In this document: piece after piece, positions 9,787 through 19,483 of the stretch
Layout of the letters: the number at the start of each line of letters is the position of its first letter
Position numbering within the stretch: position 1 is the stretch's first letter
Origin: an uncultured delta proteobacterium
GTDB lineage: Bacteria; Myxococcota_A; UBA9160; UBA4427
Direction of reading: 5' to 3'
DNA length: 64,000 bases
Assembly: GCA_963822965.1 (NCBI GenBank)
Contig: CAWGJT010000010.1
Location: 448,001-512,000 of the forward strand
Position numbers and translations under genes: made by a program
Notes under the pieces: model-generated
Told to the model about the DNA's origin: nothing
The model's database searches: none
What the model saw: the letters and a program-made list of their open reading frames with translations, nothing else

Positions 9787-10515
9787 GTGCGACACGACCT
9801 GTACCGGATCGACGACGTGCTGCTGCGCTGCGGCGCCATCGCGCTGCTGGGGGTCGTCGCCGGCGTCGCCGTCCTGGTGGTGGTCGGCCTGGGGCAGGGG
9901 GAGGTCGCCGGCGGCGCCGACCCGGGCCTCGCGATGCTGAGGCGTCACGCCCTGGCCCTGGCCGTGGCGGTCCCGGCCCCGGTCGGGCTGCTGGCCGCGG
10001 GCTTCCGGATGCGGCGCCGGGAGCAGAAGACCCTGGCCTTCTGGCGGCTGCTGCAGCAGAACGCGGAGATTCGGGTGCCCGAGCTGCTGTCCAGCTCGGA
10101 CTTCACCCGCGCCGACCTCGAGCGGGCGGTGCGGCTCCTCAACAACAAGGGGCTCGCCCTCTACGTCTGGGATCGCGACGCCGATCTCATCCGGGACGGC
10201 CGGCTCGAGTCGGTCTACCTGCACGTCGAGAAGTGCGACGTCTGCCGCGCGTCGATCTCGCTGCGGGTGCCTGCGTCGTTGCGCGAGATTCCGTGCTGTC
10301 CCTACTGCGGCGACGCCATCTCCATCGAGAGCCTGCTGGAGCTGAAGCGCGAGGCCCTCGAGCGGCTGCGGGCGGAGCACCGGCCCCGCGAGCGGGAGAG
10401 GGGCCACCGGGTGGAGGCCGGATCGTTCTCGATCGCCGTCTTCCTGCTGCTGCTCTTCACGTTCTGGCCGGCGGCCCTCGTGTACGGCTGGTACAAGTGG
10501 CAGGCGGGCGCGTAG
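9787..10515 (+). CDS. Membrane protein with zinc ribbon
   Basis: Two N-terminal TMs, CDVC...CPYC, C-terminal TM; GGGAG RBS. Confidence 0.65.
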   Translation: MRHDLYRIDDVLLRCGAIALLGVVAGVAVLVVVGLGQGEVAGGADPGLAMLRRHALALAVAVPAPVGLLAAGFRMRRREQKTLAFWRLLQQNAEIRVPELLSSSDFTRADLERAVRLLNNKGLALYVWDRDADLIRDGRLESVYLHVEKCDVCRASISLRVPASLREIPCCPYCGDAISIESLLELKREALERLRAEHRPRERERGHRVEAGSFSIAVFLLLLFTFWPAALVYGWYKWQAGA

Positions 10516-10584
10516 CCTCCCGTCCCCGGTGGCGTGCCTTCCGTAGCGGTCGCAGGTCACGGCCGTCTCGACTCGAGGTCGCAC

Positions 10585-11040
10585 ATGTACGACGTCTTTC
10601 CGATCGTTCCCGCTTCCGCCAAGCCCCTGTGGTTCCTCGCGGGCATCGGCGCTCTCCTGCTCTGCGTGCTGGCGCTGCTCGCCTTCGTGGCCTGGTCGGC
10701 CCGCCATTCGCGGGTGGAGGTGACGGATGCCGAGCTCAGGCTGGTGGGCGATCTCTGGGGTCGCTCGATTCCCCTCCAGGCGCTCCGGCTGGAGGCCGCC
10801 GCCGTGGTCGACCTGGAGACCTCGCCCGACTACGCGCCGCGCCTGCGAACCTTCGGCACCGGGCTTCCCGGCTACGCGTCGGGCTGGTTCCGGCTCCGCA
10901 ACGGCGAGAAGGCCCTGGGGTACCTCACGACGCGCCGGTCGCTCGTCTACCTGCCCACGACCCTGGGCTACTCGCTGCTGCTCAGCGCCGAACGGCCGCA
11001 GGATCTGCTGGCTGCGCTGCGCACCCGAACGGGCGGCTGA
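10585..11040 (+). CDS. Bacterial PH-domain membrane protein
   Basis: N-terminal TM; RTFGTGLPGYASGWFRLRNGEKAL resembles the bPH_5 family. Confidence 0.7.
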   Translation: MYDVFPIVPASAKPLWFLAGIGALLLCVLALLAFVAWSARHSRVEVTDAELRLVGDLWGRSIPLQALRLEAAAVVDLETSPDYAPRLRTFGTGLPGYASGWFRLRNGEKALGYLTTRRSLVYLPTTLGYSLLLSAERPQDLLAALRTRTGG

Positions 11041-11055
11041 GGACGACGAGCGCTT

Positions 11056-12003
11056 CTACGCGTCGATCAGGATCTCCGCCAGCAGGGCGCGGTCGATGTT
11101 CGCGCCCGTGAGCACCAGGCCCACCCGCTTGCCGTGCATGCGATCGCGCTCCTGCAGCAGGGCGGCCAGGGGTGCGGCGCCGGCCCCCTCGGCGAGCTGG
11201 TGCGTGTCGTACAGCAGGTGGCGGACGGCGTCGCAGATCTCGTGTTCGCCCACGCGCACCACGCGCGCGGCGTGGCGCGCGATGAGGTCCACCGCTTCCG
11301 GGTGCGGGACGCGCACCGCCATGCCGTCGGCCAGGGTGTCGGCGTTCGCGGTCTCCACGGGAGCGCGCTGCTCGAAGGAGCGCGCGTAGGCGTCGGCGCG
11401 TTCCGAGACGACGCCCACGATGTCGGTCTTGCGCCCGAGGGCCTCGCGGGCCGAGATGGCGCCGAGGATGCCGCTGCCCAGGCCGATGGGCACGTAGAGG
11501 GCGTCGAGGTCGGGCTGCGCGGTCAGCAGCTCGAACGCGGCGGTGGCCACGCCCCGCACCAGCAGCGGATGCAGCGAGGGAACGAAGTCCAGGCCCTCGC
11601 GCGCGGCCAGGGCGCGCGCGTGCGGGAGCGCTTCGTCGAAGTCGCGCCCGTGCTCCACCAGGGTCGCTCCCCAGGCGCGCATGGCGGCGTTCTTCTCGGG
11701 GTTGTTGCCGTGGGGCACGACGACGGTTGCCGGGAGCCCGCGACGCCGGGCCGCGAAGGCGACGCTCTGGCCGTGGTTGCCGCGGGTAGCGGCCGCGAGG
11801 CCTGCCACCGCGCCGAGAGCGGCGGCGTACACGAGGCCGCCGCGCACCTTGAAGGAGCCCGTCGGCAGGTGGCCCTCGTGCTTCAGCCACACCTCGCAGC
11901 CGGCGCGCTGGCAGAGCAGGGGCCAGGCGATCTGCGGAGTGGGAGACAACACCGGGTAGATCTCCCGGCCGGCCGACTCGATCTCTTCCCGACTCGCCAG
12001 CAC
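11056..12003 (-). CDS. PLP-dependent threonine dehydratase-like protein
   Basis: PTGSFKVRG (PLP lysine), ATRGNHGQ, PIGLGSG. Confidence 0.9.
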   Translation of the reverse strand: MLASREEIESAGREIYPVLSPTPQIAWPLLCQRAGCEVWLKHEGHLPTGSFKVRGGLVYAAALGAVAGLAAATRGNHGQSVAFAARRRGLPATVVVPHGNNPEKNAAMRAWGATLVEHGRDFDEALPHARALAAREGLDFVPSLHPLLVRGVATAAFELLTAQPDLDALYVPIGLGSGILGAISAREALGRKTDIVGVVSERADAYARSFEQRAPVETANADTLADGMAVRVPHPEAVDLIARHAARVVRVGEHEICDAVRHLLYDTHQLAEGAGAAPLAALLQERDRMHGKRVGLVLTGANIDRALLAEILIDA

Positions 12004-12190
12004 GAAGTGCTCCTTCCTCCCTCGCCGGGCGCTCGCGGTGCGCCGGGGTGCCTGGCGCGCTGCCTCTTCCTTCGGCGCCCTTCGGCGGGGCCGGGGCGGT
12101 CTGCCCCGGCGCGCGCTTCCGGGTGGGTGACGCTACCACGCGTGGGGCCTCCGGCCGGGCCGGGGATCGGGCTGGGGCGCCCCGCAGGAT

Positions 12191-12206
12191 CGGCGCGCGG
12201 CTTGCA
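12191..12206 (+). promoter_or_regulatory. Putative sigma54 -24/-12 promoter upstream of glgP
   Basis: CGGCGCGCGGCTTGCA (GG-N10-GC with TTGCA). Confidence 0.5.
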
Positions 12207-12423
12207 AAGCGGTCGAAAGAAGAAGCAGTGGAAGAGAGAAGGCGCTCGCAAGGGAACGGCCGGGAGGGGAGCGGCTTGCAGAGGGCTCGCCTCTGAGGCC
12301 GGACGGGACGCTGGCGAAGCGGACCCGCACCCCGAGACGGCGACTTCGGAACGAGCGACGCCGAGCCCGGGTTCCGTACGGGCAGGCACCGCGGAGCGAC
12401 GGCTCCGCAGGGGAGGGCGTCCC

Positions 12424-14949
12424 ATGACTGCATCACTGCCCGGTCGGTCGGTCCCGGAGCCCCTCGAAGGGCTCATCGAGCTGGCCCTGAACCTCGCCTG
12501 GGCGCGGACGAGCGCGTCCGAGGAGCTGTGGTCCCGCGTGGACCCGGATACGTGGCAGACCATCCGGAACCCCTGGCTCATCCTCCAGACGGTGTCGGAG
12601 AGGCGGCTCGAAGAGCTGGCCGCCGACACCGACTTCTGTCAACCGGCTGCAGAGCGGACGTCGAGGCGCAGCGCGCGACGCTGCGCGGGTCGTGCTGGTT
12701 CGACGAGGTGCGCGGGACCGCGCCGCCCGGCCCCGTGGCGTACTTCAGCCTGGAGTTCGGCCTGAGCGAGGCGCTCCCCATCTACTCCGGCGGGCTCGGC
12801 GTGCTCGCCGGCGACCACCTGAAGGCCGCCAGCGACCTGGGCGTTCCGCTGGTGGGCGTGGGGCTGCTGTACCAGCAGGGCTACTTCCGCCAGGTGCTCG
12901 ACCGGGAAGGGCGCCAGACCGAGCTCTTTCCCTTCAACGATCCGGGCGACCTGCCGATCCAGCCCGTCCAGGGCAGCGACGGGGGCCGCGTCCGCATTCC
13001 GCTTCCGGCTGCCGGGTCGCACCCTCTGGCTGCGGGCCTGGGAGGCCCGGGTGGGCCGCATCCCCCTCTATCTGCTCGACTTCAACGACCCGCGCAACAC
13101 GCCCGCCGATCGCGGCATCACCAGCGAGCTGTACGGCGGCGATCCCGAGCTGCGCCTCCAGCAGGAGGCGGCGCTGGGCATTGCGGGCTGGCGGCTGCTG
13201 GAGGTGCTCGGCATCCACCCCGCCGTGTGTCACCTGAACGAGGGGCACGCCGCGCTGGTGGTCCTCGCCCGCGCCAAGGCCTTCATGGACCGCGATCGGG
13301 GTGCCCTTCGACGTGGCGCTCGCGGCGACCCGGGCGGGGAACGTCTTCACGACCCACACGCCCGTCGCCGCCGGCTTCGACCGCTTCGAGCGCGAGCTGG
13401 CCGAGCGCTACTTCGCCGTCGTGGGCGAGTGGATGGGCGTCGATCCGGCAGGAACTGCTGGCCCTGGGGCGGGCGAATCCCGCGGACCGGAGCGAGCCGT
13501 TCAACATGGCGTACCTGGCGATCCGCGGAAGCCGGACGATCAACGGCGTGAGCCGGCTGCACGGTGAGGTGAGCCGCCGCATCTTCGAGCCGCTCTTCCC
13601 GCGCTGGCCGCAGGCGGAGGTGCCGGTGGGGCACGTGACCAACGGCGTGCACATCCCGACCTGGACGTCTTCCGAGATGGACGCCCTGTTCTGCGAGACC
13701 TGCGGCTCCGACGTCTGGCGCGGGGCGCACGAGTCCGCCTGCGAGTCCCTGCGCGGCCTCGCCGACGAGACGCTCTGGCACCAGCGGGCCCACGCCCGCA
13801 AACGCCTGGTGGGGTTCGTGCGGGATCGTCTCGTCCGGCAGCTCTCGGCCGAGGCGAGGGACCCGGCAGAGATCGAGCGGGCCCGCACGGTGCTCGACCC
13901 CAACGTGCTGACGATGGGCTTCGCGCGCCGCTTCGCCACCTACAAGCGCCCGAACCTGCTGATCAGCGATCCGGACCGGCTCGTGGGGATCCTCCAGCAC
14001 GCCCAGCGGCCCGTGCAGCTGCTGGTGGCGGGCAAGGCGCATCCGCGCGACGTGGCGGGCAAGGCGCTGATCGAGGCCTGGGTGCAGCTTCGTGCGCCGG
14101 GAAGACGTCCGCGGGCACGCCGTCTTCCTGAGCGACTACGACCTGCTGCTGGCGGAGCGATTCGTGGAGGGGGTGGATCTCTGGCTCAACACGCCGAGAC
14201 GGCCCTGGGAGGCGAGCGGGACGAGCGGCATGAAGGTCGCCGTCAATGGGGGCCTCAACCTGTCGGAGCTCGACGGCTGGTGGGCCGAGGCCTACACGCC
14301 GGAGGTCGGCTGGGCCCTCGGCGACGGTGCCGAGCACGACCACGATCCCGCATGGGATCGCCGGGAGGCCGAGGAGCTGTACCGGCTGCTGGAGCAGGAG
14401 ATCGTCCCCTGCTTCTACGAGCGCGACGAGCAGGGGGTCCCTCGGGCCTGGGTGCATCGCATGCGCGAGAGCCTGGCGCAGCTCTCGCCCCAGTACTCGA
14501 GCAGCCGCATGGTCGCGGAGTACGTGCAGGACGCGTACCTGCCGAGCGCCGCCGCCCTGCGCCGCCGCAGCGACAACGGGGGCAAGTGGGCCGACGAGAT
14601 CACGGCCTGGCGCGGCCGCATCGAGGCCTTCTGGCCCACCGTGCACGTGGCCAGCTCGAGCCGAGAGCCGGAGGACGACTCGTACCGCGTGAGCGCCCAC
14701 GTGTACCTGGGCGATCTCTCGCGCGACGACGTGCGCGTGCAGACCTACGCGGAGGTCGCCCCGGACCGCGAGGGACGTTGTATCGACATGCAGCCCGTCG
14801 GCGACCTCGAGGGCGGCTACCACTCCTACCAGTACGAAGCCCGCGTGCCGGCGGACCGGCCGGCGGTCGACTACACGGTCCGCGTGATCCCGGACCACCC
14901 CGACGTCCTGGTGCCGCTCGAGGAGAGCCGCATCCTCTGGGAGCGGTAG
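12424..14949 (+). CDS. glgP: Alpha-glucan (glycogen/starch) phosphorylase, several apparent frameshifts
   Basis: YFSLEFG...YSGGLGVLAGDHLKAASD, HLNEGH, FARRFATYKR, EASGTSGMK split over frames. Confidence 0.9.
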
Positions 14950-14954
14950 CAGGC

Positions 14955-15968
14955 CTACACCGGCGCCGGCTTCGCGCGTTCGCGCGTCACCTGCTTCGGG
15001 CTCTTGTCCTCCCGCAGGCCCAGGAAGCGCGGGTGGCGGAGCCTGCCGTCCTTCGTCCACTCGGTGAAGCCCACCTCGCCCACGAGGCGCGGCGACACCC
15101 AGTGGACGCCCTTCTCCCGGGGCTCCCGGGCGAAGGGGCAGGTCTCGCGCTCCAGGTCCGCGAGCCGTCGCCCGAACGCCTCGAGGAACGCGTCGTCGTA
15201 GCCGGTGCCGACCTTGCCCGCATAGCGCAGCGCGCCGTCCTCGTAGTAGCCCACCAGCAGCGCCCCGAAGCCCACGCGGGAGCCCTTCGGATCCGTGTAG
15301 CCGCCGATCACCAGCTCCTGTCGGTTTCCGCACTTGAGCTTGAGCCACTCGCGGGAGCGGCCGTGCACGTAGCGCGAAGCGGCGCGCTTCGCGATCAGCC
15401 CCTCCCATCCCTTGCGGCACGCCTCCTCGAGCGTCTCTTCGCCCGCCCCGACCCGGTGCGGCGTGAAGCGGATGTGCCCTCCGAACGACAGCGCGCGCTT
15501 GAGCAGCCGCTTGCGGTCGTGCAGGGCGAGCCGCGTCGTGTCGTGGCCTTCGAGACGAAGCAGGTCGAAGAGGTAGAGGTAGACGGCAACCCCGGTGCGA
15601 CGGGCCTCGTCGGGATCGCGAACGCCGAGGCGCTGCTGCAGCCGGGAGAAGCTCGTGCGGTTCCCCTCGAAGGCCACGATCTCACCGTCCGCGATGAAGT
15701 CCGTGCAGGCCTGCTTCCCGAGGGCCTCGACGAGCTCGGGATAGGTGTCGTTCATGGGCTTGCGATTGCGCGAGAGCAGTCGCACGCGCTCGCCGGCGCG
15801 GAAGGCCAGGCAGCGAACGCCGTCGAGCTTGCGCTCGTAGAGCCATGCGGGATCGGAGAAGGTGTCGTGGGTGAGGGTGGCGAGCATGGGCGCCGTCCAG
15901 GACGGCTGGCTTCGCTTCCGGAGATCGCGCCGCGCCTCGTCCCCCAGGATGTCGAGCGGATCGCCCAG
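14955..15968 (-). CDS. ATP-dependent DNA ligase (LigD ligase domain only)
   Basis: ERKLDGVR adenylation motif, DGEIV, EGLIAK, WLKLK, LRHPRF; frame extends 27 codons above the tracked ATG to a CTG preceded by AAGGGAG (start uncertain). Confidence 0.88.
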   Translation of the reverse strand: MGDPLDILGDEARRDLRKRSQPSWTAPMLATLTHDTFSDPAWLYERKLDGVRCLAFRAGERVRLLSRNRKPMNDTYPELVEALGKQACTDFIADGEIVAFEGNRTSFSRLQQRLGVRDPDEARRTGVAVYLYLFDLLRLEGHDTTRLALHDRKRLLKRALSFGGHIRFTPHRVGAGEETLEEACRKGWEGLIAKRAASRYVHGRSREWLKLKCGNRQELVIGGYTDPKGSRVGFGALLVGYYEDGALRYAGKVGTGYDDAFLEAFGRRLADLERETCPFAREPREKGVHWVSPRLVGEVGFTEWTKDGRLRHPRFLGLREDKSPKQVTRERAKPAPV

Positions 15969-16106
15969 GAGAGCTCCCTTCGAGGCGGCGCGGGCCCGTC
16001 ACGAGTGTATCGCCTGGGGAAGCTGCAGCGCGGCGGCCGCGAGCGCGCGCGGGTCGCGGGACGCGCGTGCTCGTCTCTCGCTTCAGGCGCGCTCTACAGG
16101 CGCGGT

Positions 16107-16376
16107 CTATCGCGGGCCGCCGGGAGTGCGCGCCCCCGCCGGTGCCGCCACGCGCCGACCCGACGGATGCGACCACCACGCGTTGCGCTCCTGCCGTCCC
16201 GCGTCGCTGGCGGTCTGCTCCGGGTGGTAGGAGAGCACGTCCGCGGTGGGGGGCCAACGGAATCCCCACACGAGCCACACCAGGCCGAACGCCACGGTGA
16301 ACAGGAGGATGGCGCCGCCCCAGATCTCCCAGGTGTGGCGACGACGGGCTTCGAAGGTCTCGGTGGACGGGGACAT
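16107..16376 (-). CDS. Small single-TM membrane protein
   Basis: AAAGGAG RBS, one TM helix, sigma54-type promoter upstream. Confidence 0.6.
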   Translation of the reverse strand: MSPSTETFEARRRHTWEIWGGAILLFTVAFGLVWLVWGFRWPPTADVLSYHPEQTASDAGRQERNAWWSHPSGRRVAAPAGARTPGGPR

Positions 16377-16455
16377 GGTGTAGCTCCTTTCATGCTCGTA
16401 CATGCTCGTGCTTCCGCCCCGGGGGTTGGCGGGATGCCGGCTTGCGTCCACGCGT

Positions 16456-16471
16456 TGCAACGACCGTGCCG
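16456..16471 (-). promoter_or_regulatory. Putative sigma54 promoter
   Basis: Minus strand CGGCACGGTCGTTGCA, close to consensus TGGCAC-N5-TTGCA. Confidence 0.65.
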
Positions 16472-16635
16472 TCGCCGCCGTCGCTCGAGGGGCCACCCCG
16501 GGCGGGGGCGCGGCTTGCCGCGCCCGGCGGAGTGCGTCCGAGCGAGCGCGTCGGGCGAGAGTGCAGAATCTGCAACGCCCGGGAGGTCGGGAAGAAGCGG
16601 CCGCCGACGGCTCTTTTCGAGACCTGACGATGCGT

Positions 16636-16773
16636 TCAGCGTCTCCCGGCCCGGGCGGGTCCCACCGTCCCCGCGCAGACGAGGCCCAGGGCCATCAGCC
16701 AGGCGGTACCCGGCTCGGGGACCACCGACGCGTAGGTGGTGGGGGTGGCCGTGGGCGACGGGGCAGGGCGCCT
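16636..16773 (-). pseudogene. Orphan PEP-CTERM C-terminal fragment
   Basis: Minus frame reads PSPTATPTTYASVVPEPGTAWLMALGLVCAGTVGPARAGRR*, with an in-frame stop just upstream and no signal peptide. Confidence 0.5.
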
Positions 16774-16957
16774 TCAGGCGCGCCCGGAACGGCATCTCCC
16801 GGCCGACGCCCGCGCGTGCATCGCCCAGGGTGATGAAAAGTACAGGACGGGAAGCGTCGCACGCGCGGGTCTACGGCGCAGGGTCGCCGGCGTCTTTGCC
16901 TGTTGGCGCCCTTCGAGATGCTTGCTTCGCGAGTGCGGCTTCGGATAGGGTGGCCGC

Positions 16958-17671
16958 ATGTCGACCGGTACGCGTGCGGGCTTGCTCGGGGCGATTGCGC
17001 TGGGCGTGTTCCTCTGTTGCCTCGCGCTCTTCCTCTTCGTTCGGAGCCGGGACACGCTGCCCGTCGTCGGCTCTTCGCCGGGAGCCGTCGCGGCTCGCGG
17101 CGGAACGCCCCCTGGCGTCGCCTCCCCACCGCCGCCCTCGATCGACCGCCCGGGGTCCGACGACGAAGCGGGCGGCGAGGAGGGCCTGCTCTCGGCCGTG
17201 GGAATCGATCCCGATACGGAGGCGGCCATGCGTTGGGCCACGGTGGATCTCGACGAGGTGCGTGAGGCCCTTCCCGACAACCTGTACTGGAAGATGTCGG
17301 CCCCCACCGACGATCCGGATGTGCTGCGCTGGCGCGAGGAGGAGCGCGCGCGCTGGAACGTGGAGTACGGGAAGGTTCTCTCGGGCAACGCGACGGAAGA
17401 GGAGATCCACGACTACTTCGACCTGCGCCAGCGCGTCTCGCAGGATGCCGTGTCCTTCGCCGACTACCTCCTGCTCAATCACGGCAGCACGCTTCCCGAG
17501 CGGGACGTGTCTCTGCTCAACCTCGCGAGTCGGCTGCATCGCGCGCGTCTCGAGGAGATGCCCCGGCGGCTCGCGGAGGCGCTGGCCCGCAAGGAGCGTC
17601 AGGATCGTCTGCGCGAGGCCTGGCTCGCGGACGAGAAGGCGTTCGAGGAAGCGCAGCGCGGCGGGGATTGA
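16958..17671 (+). CDS. Membrane-anchored helical hypothetical protein (foldase-like architecture)
   Basis: N-terminal TM, Pro/Gly linker, charged helical domain. Confidence 0.75.
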   Translation: MSTGTRAGLLGAIALGVFLCCLALFLFVRSRDTLPVVGSSPGAVAARGGTPPGVASPPPPSIDRPGSDDEAGGEEGLLSAVGIDPDTEAAMRWATVDLDEVREALPDNLYWKMSAPTDDPDVLRWREEERARWNVEYGKVLSGNATEEEIHDYFDLRQRVSQDAVSFADYLLLNHGSTLPERDVSLLNLASRLHRARLEEMPRRLAEALARKERQDRLREAWLADEKAFEEAQRGGD

Positions 17672-17673
17672 CG

Positions 17674-17919
17674 CGCCGCTTCCTTCACTCCCGACTGCAC
17701 GACAAGCGCTCGCGCGCCTCCACGACGCGTGCGGCTGCGCCGGAACCGCGGATCGCGTTCGCGTGACTCCGAGTCGTTCCTCGGCTTCGCGCTCGTGGCG
17801 AGAAATTCGTCCCGTCGCATCTCGCCCGCGGAGTCGGGTTTCGGTTGAACGCGATCCGCATCTCGTGTTACACGCTGTCAAGTCGTGCAGAGCGCGCGGC
17901 GTTTCGCGACGAAGCGGCG
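17674..17919. ncRNA. Candidate structured RNA or fold-back element
   Basis: Five nested complementary segments in a non-coding gap (see findings). Confidence 0.4.
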
Positions 17920-18011
17920 ATGAGGACGGCGGACGCGGAAGGTCGAGGTCGAGGCGTTGACCTCGAAGAGAAGCGTGAGAGGAACGAGAAGCGAGCAGAC
18001 GTCGGATCGAG

Positions 18012-18043
18012 GAAGGACCAGAAGGACCAGAAGGACCAGAAGG
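18012..18043 (+). repeat. 9-bp tandem repeat (GAAGGACCA x3 plus partial copy)
   Basis: Read directly from sequence. Confidence 0.85.
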
Positions 18044-18074
18044 GAGGAAGCACGCCGCCGTGCGTCGCGAGGGG

Positions 18075-18128
18075 ATGACCGCAGGTCATTCAACCGGTCG
18101 ATCGATCGGAAGATGAACGCGAGTCATC
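18075..18128. promoter_or_regulatory. Two related palindromes, candidate operator sites
   Basis: ATGACC-GCA-GGTCAT (18075-18089) and GATGA-N7-TCATC (18112-18128) just upstream of the hydrolase start. Confidence 0.45.
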
Positions 18129-18165
18129 GTCGGATCATGAACCAGAGAGGAGGGGGAGGCGGATC

Positions 18166-19478
18166 ATGAATCTCAGGAACGCGATGCGAGCGGGAACGCA
18201 GCCGGGCTGCTCGTCGCCCTGCTGCCCGTCGCCGCCTCGGCGATCGGGATCGAGGACGTCGTCGACGGCGGCAACGACTATGCGTGGGAGCGGGTCGAGC
18301 TTCCGGGCACGATGTGCAGCGATGGATCCCAGTACAAGTTCTGGGTCTACGACTCGCCCAGCTCGAACAACCTGCTCGTCATGTTCGAGGGCGGCGGGGC
18401 CTGCTGGGACTACGAGACCTGCAGCGGGCAGGCGGGGGTGCTGGGAGCGGCGCATCCGAACGGCATCCCGGACGACTACATCCACGACTTCGAGCCCACC
18501 TACGTCTCGCCGCTGGTGAACGGCGCCGACCCGGGGATTCCGGGGCGTCCCAAGAACCCGATCGCCACCCAGGGCTACGACGTCGCCTACCTGCCGTACT
18601 GCACGGGAGACGTGCACGTCGGCAACAGCGTCGTGACCTACACGGATCCGACGGGCCAGAACCCGCCGATCGTCTTCCGGCACGTGGGCTTCCACAACAC
18701 CCAGGAGTCCCTCGACTACCTCGCCCAGCGCTTCCCGAACGTCAACAAGCTGCTGGTCACCGGATTCAGCGCGGGCGGCGTCGCCACGGCGGCCGCCTAC
18801 TACGAGGCGCGCCGCACGATCCAGCCCGTCAAGGGATACATGCTGAACGATTCCGGCCCGATCTTTCCGGCGCCGGGACCGGGCTACGACTCCTACCCGC
18901 TCCACAGCCTGATCACGAGCCAGTGGGATCTGCAGTCGCTCTACGACGAGCTTCCCGCCACCTTCGATCCGAACGACTTCGGAAGCGCGACGGCGATGGT
19001 GGCGACGGAGTTCCCGAGCGACCAGCTGGCCTACACGGGCTACTCGAGCGACTACAACTTCTCCCGCTTCTCGTACGAGCGCTTCTATCCCGGCATCGAT
19101 CAAGCGGGTATCCTGCAGAAGTGGCGGGCCGACCAGGCGAACCTGGTGAGCGCGATGAGCAGCCATCCGAACTTCAGCTACCACATCCCGTGGCATCGCC
19201 CGATCAACGACAGCCACTGCTCCTCGATCATCACCTTCATCGGAAGCCACGCGTGCAAGAGCATCCGCAAGAAGAAGTGGTACGAGTTCTGGGAGTGGCC
19301 GTGGACGCAGACCTGGAAGTGCACGAGCGGGTGGACGCCCTTCGAGACCTTCCTGGCGAAGTGGCTCGACCAGGATCAGCAGAGCCGGATCGTCGAGAAG
19401 GAGAACAACTACAACAACGAAGACCCCGGCATGCAGATCGTCGCGCCGCTGATCAACGACGCACTGTCCGGGAATTGA
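18166..19478 (+). CDS. Secreted pectinacetylesterase/Notum-family alpha/beta hydrolase (apparent frameshift in the signal peptide)
   Basis: CSDGS, FEGGGACW oxyanion motif, PYCTGD, GFSAGG nucleophile motif; signal peptide LLVALLPVAASA in frame upstream of the tracked ORF; GGAGG RBS before ATG 18166. Confidence 0.85.
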
Positions 19479-19483
19479 GCCGG

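Noticed and set aside
12528..17960. 1810-aa ORF and other very long Arg/Pro/Ala-rich ORFs (e.g. 1850-5404, 29587-32718)
   Set aside because: Stop-poor shadow frames typical of high-GC DNA, overlapping recognisable genes.
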